NCBI GenBank assembly: GCA_964247055.1
Contig: OZ176051.1
Location: forward strand, 3,844,001-3,908,000
Reading direction: 5' to 3'
DNA: 64,000 nt
Source of the DNA: Paragordius varius
Lineage: Eukaryota > Animalia > Nematomorpha
In this document: piece by piece, positions 53,930 to 64,000 of the stretch
Layout: each line of letters opens with the position of its first letter
Position numbering within the stretch: the first letter of the stretch is position 1
Position numbers and translations under genes: made by a program
The notes under the pieces: generated by a model
The model's database searches: none
The model's input: only the letters and a program-made list of their open reading frames with translations
What the model was told of the DNA's origin: nothing

Positions 53930-56900
53930 TTACGGTTTTTCGCCCAATTTTAATTTGAGAACGTTTTCAAAGTTTTCATCGTTATAATTACATCCCTTCA
54001 ACCAAAAATCACTGGAAGGACTACGGATCATTTTAGCTTTCTAAAATTATAAAAAAAATATTTAGCTATTTTTATAATTTAATTAAATTGGGTAAAAAAT
54101 TCTATGCAAAACATACCTCTCTGAAGGTCCCCGGTTCTTTCCAGAAGTAGTATAAGCCTCCAATTACAATTTGTGCCAATATCGCTATAGTCAAAGTCCA
54201 ACCAAAACTGTGCGCCCAGCCCGGATATTTATAATTATCGAGTTTGTGTTCATCTTGCGTTACCAAATCATACAGCGATGTAATGGTCAATGTCTAGAAA
54301 TAAATATTTACAAATACAATATCATATTAAATTACCTATCGTGTTTTGTAAAATGAATTTTAAGTTTTTTTAAGAAAAATGATGCGTTAAAACGTTGAAG
54401 CTTTAGCCATTTTAAAATCAATTAAAATATTTACAATTAATAAGAGAGGTCCAAACACGACCCACCCACATAACCAATATAGTTTGTGGGGCAGAGTGCG
54501 TCCCAACATCATTTCAATGTCTTTAACAAAACGTTTGAATCCATAAATCCACATAATGCCGACAACTTCGGCCGCCGCAATGAAAATGAGGTTGAAATCG
54601 CCAACATAATAGTTTATGAGATCAAAAACGTAAAATCCACCCTATGGCGAAAATGAAAAAAGTAAAACTAAATTTTGCTCCACAACAAAATAAATACAAT
54701 AGAAGCTTAACTTACATAAGTGACAAACGGTAGCCCTAACAAAAAGCATAGGAAACATATCCCAGCAGACATGTACGTTTTATACTTCCAAGGGAATATG
54801 GTTGGAAATTGGTCATGTATTGCACTTGTTATAGTTTGAATTAGAGCTATTTCGCTGTCCAGCCCCAGGATGTATAACATGAGGAAAAATAGGACTGACC
54901 ACAATTGAGGTAGCGGGAGCCGCGATAAAGCCCTCGGGTATACAATGAAAACAAGGCCGGGACCTAAATATGATTGAAAGCGTAAAATCTTCATTTTAAG
55001 AAGTACTAACAAACCAACACCTCAAATTCATCTTTGAACTAATTATGTTCTGAATATCCCAAATTACCTATATTTTTAAAATACTTTACAAATAATATAA
55101 TCTTTTTAAAATATATATAATATATGATTTAGCTCAAAAAAACATAATTTATTTTTAGGAACTATTAATGTTCAGGGAAGAATTTTTAATGTTCAAAGGG
55201 TAAATTTGAGGCATAAGTGTAATCTATTTGTATTACCAGATATGGTTTGAGAACCATCCGTGAGATCAAGGTCAAGTTCGTAAGCCATATTTCCAAGATA
55301 GGAAAAAATAACTATCCCGGCTATCAGGCTTGTTACCGTATCCATAATGCTAACGATAACGGCATCTTTGTAACAATTATTACGGAAAGGATTAAAACTG
55401 GCAAATGTTGTAATTCCTCCGAGTGCTAAACTTAAGGAGAAAAACATTTGGGAACAAGCAGCTTTCCACACCTAATCAGAAAAATAGTGAGTTAAATTCA
55501 TTGTGTAAACAAACATTGAAGCATTTTTATAGACAGTAAAAACAAAAAATGATTAGTGAAAATTAAAAAACTGAACTTGCTTAGATAACCAAGAATGAAA
55601 GGCTTGTAAATTTTGTATAATAAATTATTCCTTTTTGTTTTTACTGTTAGTTTATATATATAATTACCTTAATTTCCAGTAATTTATCCCATTGCGGAGT
55701 AAAGAGATATTTTAGGCCAGCTCCGGAACCTTTGAGTGTTACTCCACGAATTAAAAGTATGATAAGTAGGAGGTATGGTAACGTGGCTGTTACATATATA
55801 GCCTATTAAAAAAATAAAAAAAAAATAAAAACGTAATTATTTAGATAAAATATTTAAGATATTTGCCAAAATACATATGGAAAAAATATTTTTTATATAC
55901 TTTTCCGGCAGTTTGAATGCCCTTGTAAAGCATACCGAAAACAATAAGCCATGAAAGAAAAAGGATAAGAGCCAAGTCCCATTTTAATGGCCCAATATCG
56001 TCTATACCTTTGGAGCGGTTAAATCCCAAAACACGATTACTATAAAAGAATATATGATATATTGAAATTATATCATTTTTTAGTTATTTTAAAAATCTAA
56101 GCATTTTTACATCCAAAATTCCTCCATAGATGATACATTACGTTTGATTACGGCTAAATCATTCCCAATTGTGTGATTAAAATTTGGAACATACGGGGTA
56201 GTTAAATTTGGTTGCATAGAGGATTGGTAATTTAAATCGGTATAGTTAAACATAGAGGTATTGGATAGCGATTGTAGAGTAAAATTTAGGTGATTCAATA
56301 AGTTTGCTCCATCATTTGAGCTAGTATTCAAAGATGTGATCATCGAAGAGTTACTGAGCGTTTTTGTAGTATTTAAAATAGTGTTTGTGTCATAGCAAAA
56401 TTTGGTATTAAAATTCTATGAATATAAATACAGTAAAAATTTGAATTAAACGACGCAACATAAAAGTATGAGGTTTATATTTTTTGTTAAGATGACCACA
56501 TTTTTTAATCCGTGATTTACATATAACTCAATATATTACAATATGTATTCGAGTGTGTTACCATATATTTTAATACTTATTTCTCAAATACTAAGCTTTG
56601 ATAAATATATACAAAAAATATTAGTCTTTAAGTTTGTAAGTTTTGCTTTATATTACTATAAATGGACATCAGAAAAAATAGAAAATATATATAAACTAGA
56701 TTAAACTTCTCAAAAATTAATTTTTATCTTCGAAAAAAAGGGCAAATTTTACATTGTTGCAATGTGCCCAAGGTAGGTGACGTTGAAATGAGGCAAATGT
56801 ATAGTACAGCGTATATGCCATAAGTATATTGTAATAAACACATATAATAAGGCAGGTGAATAGCATTGCATATCCAATACCTTTATTACAAAATACAAAA

Positions 56901-57878
56901 AATATTAATAGAAATAAAAACTTTTTTTTACAAAAAATGTTTTTTAGATAACGCTTATTGACAACACCCTTGTTTTTATCGTTAATTTGCAGTATCATTT
57001 GCGTAATTAATTAATAACCTATTATAATTTATTGGCAGGCTATTAAAAGGATTGATTTGATTTAACAACATTTATATTGGCCGATTTGGCACTCTTACAA
57101 TTGAAATATTTTATATCAATTACTTGTTATAATATACTTAATATACAAATTTTTAATCTATTTATATCCGAAAAAATTTAAACGCTATTTAGAGTCAAAT
57201 ATTTTTTGCATATTAATTAATGAATATAAAACAAGTTGTAAAACCATTTAAATTTAAAAGATGGCTTTTCGGAAAATATATAATTAAATTTATTTATATT
57301 TGGTTACCCATAGTAATTGGAGCAATTTTAAAAGCACCGGGTGGTCCTCGCCTTGTAAATTGACCCAACGATAGTTCCATAAAATAAAGCGGTTTCCCAA
57401 TCACAAACAGTATAATGAAATAGGGTATTAAGAAAGCCCCTAAAATTTATTTAAAAGACAAACATTATTACATGTAAAGGCAATTATATACCTAAAAAAG
57501 ATGTTACATAATTATATAAAATTCCTTTCAAAAAATTGATAATATAGCTGGTAAAATAAAATTAGGTATAAACCTCCGCCATTATCAAAGCAAACATAAG
57601 GGAATCTCCAAATGTTACCGAAACCTACTGAAAATCCTATGATGGATAAAACGAATTCAATGTGGTTTCCCCATTCACCCCGATGGTTTTGATCAGCAAC
57701 ACCTTCGATCTTGACTTCTAAATCATTTTTTTCGGGCTAAACAATGGTTTTTAGAATAATTATTTATGAATAATTATTGAAAATTATGAAAAAATTTACA
57801 GAATTTAGTTCTTTTATGGGTATTCCTGGTTTTTCGTTGTTTTGTTTCATCGTAAATTGGATTGGACCAATAGTTCAT
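53930..57878 (-). CDS. SLC6 sodium:neurotransmitter symporter (amino-acid/glycine-proline transporter-like), about 12 exons
   Basis: [109 protein letters not shown] at 57878, stop at 53930. Confidence 0.92.
55020..55210. mobile_element. MITE family A degenerate copy (SLC6 intron)
   Basis: ctcaaattcatctttgaac ... ttcaaagggtaaatttgag with core fragments; outer termini lost. Confidence 0.55.
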
Positions 57879-59479
57879 AAAGTCAAATTTTGAGCACTTT
57901 GAAATTTCTGGTACGGAGTGGGATAATTGGAATGGAATGAATCAAAGTTTATGTTAATTAATCAAAATATAAATTATATTATTGCCTTAATTTTAATTTT
58001 TTATGTTAGCAAAAAAAAGATTTATAAAAAATTATTTTTAGATAAAAAATATGAAAAATAGGTTGTGTATTTATGATTTAAAAGAATGTCAACTCGACTG
58101 TATACTTGTTATATTTTGGACGAAGATATATATAAATACCTTTGTTTTTATTATTAATAAAGCCTAGGTAACAACACTTTTTAATAGTCCATACATTATG
58201 AAAATAAAAAATAGATAATTTGTATGATGCAAGAATTTTGATGAGTTTTTTTTATAAATAGCATTTTTTGAAAAAATAAGATATATAAACTTTAAATTCA
58301 TATAAAAATATATTAATTAACATGTTCACTCCAAAACTTAAAATAGTTTTAAATTTATATTTTTGATTATCAAATATTATTTTCAAGTTTATGGACATCA
58401 GACAATGGTTAATCATGAAATATATTTAACATTTTTTGATGAATATTTTACCAAGGTTAAACATAAAAGAATAATTTAGTTTGCTAAAAAATTTTTTTAG
58501 GTATGATATAAAAATTAATATAAAATAATAAAATTACCGTATTTGAATTTCTCTAGCTATCACACTTTTTATACCTCCGTAAAATAAAATAATTTTTAGA
58601 CTCTAAGAAAAAAAATGATTTTGTAGCAATTGATTGGTTTTATCAATTTTTCAAAAAATTATTTTATAAAATGTTATAATTAATTCGCTAAACGATAACA
58701 TTTATGATGGACTATTGCATCATTAATATTGATAAATGGCTTCGGGCATCATTTTCCCCAAAAATATGGTTTTAATCGTTCACCATTAATTTATTAAATT
58801 TATATTTTTAAAAAAGATATACCTTAAGGGTTTCTCCTACATAAATGATAAGATAATATTAATTATACTTACAATATACATATTTTCTTAATATATTTAA
58901 TTATCTTATTTTTACGTGAAAAATTAAATTTTACAAAAAAAAATAGCTTAGAAAATTATTTGGAATTGAATTTTTAGACAGTTCGTATGTTTAATAAATA
59001 TGTTCCTGACTTTACCCACAATTTCCATAGGCAAAATTTGTATATAAAACCATTTTTTGAATGAAAACCAAAAACTTTGCAAATTAAAAACTTTTTGTTA
59101 ATATATTATTACAAAAGAATGAATATTATTGCGACAAAATAAAGTATATATTTCACGGGTAAATATGTGGATATAACACATTGAAAATGCCTGGCAATAA
59201 TAGTACGATACGTTATTATATCATAAATAGTAATAAAAAAATTTAAATATTAATTTTATAAATTAGTGGTAACTTATAAATGTGAAATATTTGATAGCCA
59301 ATTTTATTTAACAGGTGGTTTCCTGTTTGGTTTTTCAGTGACCGTGTTTTTTACATGAATTAATTTATTTGAAACCAATCAATTATAAGATTCACAACAT
59401 ATAAATATTTATTTGTCACGTATAAGAATGAATTATTTGCATAACATGTAATTTATAAATAGTTATGATATTATAAATA

Positions 59480-62400
59480 TTAGTGGCATAAATCATTTTT
59501 TTATTTCCTCCATTTTGATTTGTATGGTTTTTTCAATGGCTGTCATGTAATCTTCTATACTACAATTTTGTTTCTGAAAAATATGATAAAATTAATTTTA
59601 TAAAGTGTTGGATACTTTTTACCTATTTTTGACAACTTTAAAATGATTCAGTTAAATAATTTTTTGGGTAAAAAATACTTTAATAAAAAGGGCATGGGCT
59701 AAAAATGGAATTTTTCTGATAACGCGACCACTTAAACCACTGGCCGTTTTACAAATATCGAATAAGCGTAAACTGTGACGTGTAGAAGATTGATTTTCAA
59801 ATTGCATTATTTTCAGGCATTTCAAGTCCACTAATGTTAATTTGGGCCTGATTATACCAACCTATACAGAATATTTGATACAGATATATACCATTTACAG
59901 CTCAAATTCACCCTAAACTAAATTATGTATTTTTTAAGATTTAAAATTACCTTTATTTTATAATATGAAATTCTGTTTAAACTTAATGTAGTGCTGAAAA
60001 AACAATAAACTATGTCGTAAAAATATATTTCATATTAATGATGAGTTATATTATCCCGAAAATACATAATTTATTAGGGTGATGAATTGTTCAAGGGTAA
60101 ATTTGAATTGTAAATGGTATATCAATATATTAATGTAGGATTTAAAGATATTAATAGAAAAACATATTTTTTTATTTTGTACCTTCATTAATTCTATTAA
60201 ACTGCATCGTATCATATGGAATATGACTTCATGATCTGGTAAATCAATGTAGAGTTTTAGATCTGCCCTATCTAAGAAAGCGGAGTCTAATGCCTCAAAC
60301 AAATTAGATGTTGTTAATATCATGACATTTGGAAAACTAAATTATAATTTTTTTTACAAAAATATATAAAAAAATAAGCATTTGACAAGGTAATCAATCA
60401 ACTTTTAATACTATTAAATAGTTTTCTCAAATAATTTGGAATGTAAATTAATTTATTTATTAAGCAAATGACATATAATGAATGATAGAATGAATATTAA
60501 AGCCACCTAATTAACTTAAAATGAAAATTAAATTTTGAAATCTAATTCTGTAAAATTATTATTATAAAACAAAAATTTATTAACTTTTTAATTTTATCCA
60601 TTTGTGTAAGTAAAGCGTTAACGACACGCAATGCATCACTCGGTTCAGAAGCGGTTGATATATTCCGTGAACCAGCAATACTTTCTACCTATGAAACAAT
60701 ATTTAAATTGGCTTAAATGAATAATTTATCAAAGAAAAAGTATAATATAATATTAACTGTTTTCTTCAAATTAAATATTTTTACGAATTAAATTTTAAAC
60801 CTCAGAAAAATAAGAAATTTTGGAAAATTTACTAGATTGGGATAAAGGTTTGAAATTTAGGTCGAACTCCATATTAAATTAAAAAACAACGGAAAACTGA
60901 AAAAATTGTGCCGATTAGGGTTAGATCTGACCGGTTAAGAATGTATTCATCATCGTGAGTGTGTCTGATGACTATTATCGATACTCCAAAACTTTCAAAC
61001 AATCGTTTATCACGCAAACATATTTAATGTAAAAATATTGTTAGTTTAGAATTTGTTTATAATGTAATCTTTTAAATACTAACTATTTAGCACGGTTAAC
61101 ATTGTGTTTGGTTAATTTGTTTTTAATAAATAATAAGTACATATGACCATGAATGACTGTATTTATTAGCGGTCGGATCGGTTTTTTGTGAGAGCCATTA
61201 AATACAAAACCCTAGATAATCGTTAAATTTTTTGACATTATATATCGAGCTATGAGACCTATGATATTCATATAAACTTTGACTTATGAAAGAAATTAAA
61301 ATATTTATTCTTATAGTTTGATTGATACTTAGTTTATGATCCCATAGTAATATAAAGACCACTTAAAATGATAAAAACATCTCTGGACCTATGTAAATTC
61401 GATTACAACGTTATCCAAAAATTAGATGACGTTTAAACCGATTCCGGATTTTTTCATCCATGTTTTCCGTTAATATTTTATTTAAAGGAAAGATTTTGTT
61501 CGGGTTTCTGTTCCGTGTTCGGAAATAAATGGTTTCGATAGTATTAAATTACAATATGATAAAAGATTTTTTGAGACGGTTCTCAAAACAAGCTGATGAT
61601 ATGGCATAAAAAGGGTTTAAATAAAGTCCCTAAACTTCTTAGTACCATTTGTTATTCATTAATTAAGGGTAAAAATAAGCTAAACCTCATCAATTAAAAC
61701 GAAAATTAATGTATTCTCATCTGCAGCTACATCTTGAATTTTTTGGAATATTCTTTGCACCATTTTTCCACTCTGTTATAAATTAAAAAATAATATATAT
61801 ACCTCGGAAAACCATTTTGAAAACAAACAATGGCTATTTATTTCAAACAAGAAACCCCAATTGTAACAATCAATCATTCTAATCATAATTTTTTGGGCCA
61901 ATGATTTACATAAAGACGTTTTTCCGGTACCCGGTGGACCTTATATTTTAATAAAACAACAAACCGTGCAAGAGAATAACTTTATTCCAGCTTATTTGCG
62001 TTGTATCAACATGATGTGTGGCAAAAAGCATAGCACTATATGCATAATCTAGCAACTAATGATACAATAATGAAAAAATTTACATCATCCTTGACATAGG
62101 TTTTAAACAACAAAGTTTCCCAGGTTCTGTGAAACTTCAAGTTGGGTAAATTATAACTTTTAAGTGCAAAAATATTGTCACTTTCACTCGTCGGTTGATT
62201 CATGTCCTCATTTATTTCATCCAAATTAGATCCATCAACGAACAGGCTATAGAGATGGAATTGGACTTCATTATTTTGTAGATCTAAAAACTATTTTATT
62301 TATTTTTAAGCAATTTTACTGCCCCTTCTCCCCCATTCGGTTTATCAATGTTTACTGATATTATCTTATTTTGCAAATAATCATCATTAAATTGTTCAAA

Positions 62401-62590
62401 CTTTAAATTACTTTCCACATAAAGCATCGAAAATGATTTCAAAAATTCAGTTAGTTTGTCCTTTATACGACCGTAATCAACATCGCTACATAAAATAAAT
62501 TTATATAATTTACCAATCAGATAATTGAACCTCGATATGAAATGTATTTTTAGATAAATTAGACCGTTGACTAGAAGTAATTATATTCAT
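59480..62590 (-). CDS. TRIP13: Pachytene checkpoint AAA+ ATPase TRIP13/Pch2
   Basis: Exons 62590-62514, 62485-62320, 62290-62084, 62055-61965, 61939-61803, 61772-61686, 60688-60585, 60336-60183, 59861-59679, 59573-59480. [84 protein letters not shown]. Confidence 0.95.
59887..60121. mobile_element. MITE family A copy 7 (TRIP13 intron)
   Basis: TATACCATTTACAGCTCAAATTCACCC ... GGGTAAATTTGAATTGTAAATGGTATA. Confidence 0.82.
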
Positions 62591-62649
62591 GTCAATAAAA
62601 TTTACTAATCGTCTGCTTATTTATTTATTAGAAAAATGTATGTATAAAA

Positions 62650-64000
62650 TTATGAATCACATAAGGTTGTCCCAGAAACAAGTTTTTGAATCTGCTTTGG
62701 TCTTATATCGTATGTTGAAAGGACACGAGCCGAAGGATCCACCAACTTGATTCGTTCATTTTCTGGAAACCAATCTAACCGTGGCATCCAATTTTTGGTT
62801 ACTAATGGCGGATGATTAGGAAATAATTCATCATATATTTTTCTATAATAGTATGCTTCTTTAGTCAATGGACGTGGTGGTGCCAGTTTTGGAACTTTCT
62901 CCTCAAACTCGGAATCTGAAATTAAGGTGTTAATTTTTGCTATTAATTTATCCCTGAATTCATAGTTGACACCATCCGAAAACGCCTCCTTTTTTCGCCA
63001 TAAAACTTCACGAGGTAAATAATCCCCCTTTTCAAACGCTTTGCGCAATATATGTTTCTCCATTCGGTCATTGACACCGTGCATTTTCATGTTTGCAGGG
63101 ATACGAAAGAGCACATATGGAAAAAGTTTTTTATCCAAGAATGGTTCTCTCATTTCCAAACCAAAGTATGCTAGAGTTCTATCTGAGCGTAGCGCATCGA
63201 ATTGATATAAGTTTTGGCAAAGATCGATAACCTCTTCAGAGAATTCGTTTGGTGAAGGTGCTCGCTTTAAATAACTGTATGAGCCAAATGTTTCTTCCGC
63301 TCCCTCACCAGACATAAGAACTTTGACATCGGTGCGATCCCTGATATATTTCGCCATTATAAATTGGCCAATACTGGCACGCACTGTAGTACAATCCCAA
63401 CTTCCAAGAGCCCAAATAACCTCCCGAATAGATTTAAACGCTTCATCAAAAGTAAATTCAATACGGTGATGCTTTGTTCCCAGCTTATCAGCCACCATTT
63501 GAGCATATTCAAGGTCTGGTGAATACGAGGTACCTTGTTCCGATCTCATACCCACTGAAAATGTGTGTAGTGTACTTAAATGAGGTTGCTTAGCACAGTT
63601 ACACACATGTTGAGTTTGTGAGTTTACATTGAATATATTTCCGTTTGGTGAAGTGACATCATGATCATCGGCATCGTCGTTATCGTATGATTTGTGAAAT
63701 TTATCTATTTCATGTTTATGGGTAGGAGAATAAGACATTCGCCTTCCTTGATTTTCAGCTGATTCCTGCTGCATGTCTCCATTGGCCATTTTGAGATCAG
63801 TTGGTGACGACTCTAGGTGTCCATTATGGTCGAGTCGTTTTCGTTTGTTAAATAAACACTGTGTGGAATGATAGGTAGTTGCTTTAGCCCCAGAATAATA
63901 TCTACTCACTATACTTGCAATAAGGCTAGAATCTAACCCACCAGATAAAAGACATCCAATCGGTCTATCACTTATCAATCTTTTTTTGACTGATTGGATA
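62650..64000 (-). CDS. ASNS: Glutamine-hydrolysing asparagine synthetase, synthase domain; 5' end beyond window
   Basis: VKKRLISDRPIGCLLSGGLDSSL, TTVRASIG, SGEGAEE, REPFLD, EKHILRKAF, WRKKEAFSDG, DPSARVL. The frame stays open to the window edge. Confidence 0.95.
   Translation of the reverse strand, partial: IQSVKKRLISDRPIGCLLSGGLDSSLIASIVSRYYSGAKATTYHSTQCLFNKRKRLDHNGHLESSPTDLKMANGDMQQESAENQGRRMSYSPTHKHEIDKFHKSYDNDDADDHDVTSPNGNIFNVNSQTQHVCNCAKQPHLSTLHTFSVGMRSEQGTSYSPDLEYAQMVADKLGTKHHRIEFTFDEAFKSIREVIWALGSWDCTTVRASIGQFIMAKYIRDRTDVKVLMSGEGAEETFGSYSYLKRAPSPNEFSEEVIDLCQNLYQFDALRSDRTLAYFGLEMREPFLDKKLFPYVLFRIPANMKMHGVNDRMEKHILRKAFEKGDYLPREVLWRKKEAFSDGVNYEFRDKLIAKINTLISDSEFEEKVPKLAPPRPLTKEAYYYRKIYDELFPNHPPLVTKNWMPRLDWFPENERIKLVDPSARVLSTYDIRPKQIQKLVSGTTLCDS

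Noticed and set aside
1-64000. U12-type introns, tRNA/rRNA genes, prokaryotic or viral systems
   Set aside because: All junctions I traced are GT-AG without the RTATCCT donor. I recognised no RNA gene or prokaryote-like gene by eye; a covariance-model search was not possible.

Overview
Very AT-rich, intron-containing eukaryotic (metazoan, invertebrate-like) genomic DNA; the species cannot be assigned from the sequence alone. I spliced the genes by hand using GT-AG boundaries and phase. In order: insulin-like receptor (InR, -, 1-15397, 3' end off-window); intronless rhodopsin-class GPCR (-); decayed mariner; ATP synthase epsilon (-); Rce1 CAAX protease (+); an unusual mitochondrial carrier (-); ZMAT5/U1C-like zinc finger (+); DNAJC19/Tim14 (-); DYRK2-like kinase (+); a small RING gene missed by the ORF track (+); Mint/X11/LIN-10 (-); PHF20-like (+); a small Cys-rich secreted-like gene missed by the ORF track (+); SLC6 transporter (-); TRIP13/Pch2 (-); asparagine synthetase (-, 5' end off-window). 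Several MITE families lie in introns. The main signal is about 19 ultra-short (21-33 nt) GT-AG introns, most of them required to restore conserved proteins. They are concentrated near gene 5' ends, while downstream introns are about 60 to over 2000 nt, and I found none of 36-59 nt. Gene packing is also extreme: 59-146 nt gaps, overlapping stop codons and possible operon-like tandem pairs. Gene-family calls come from recalled motifs, not database searches.
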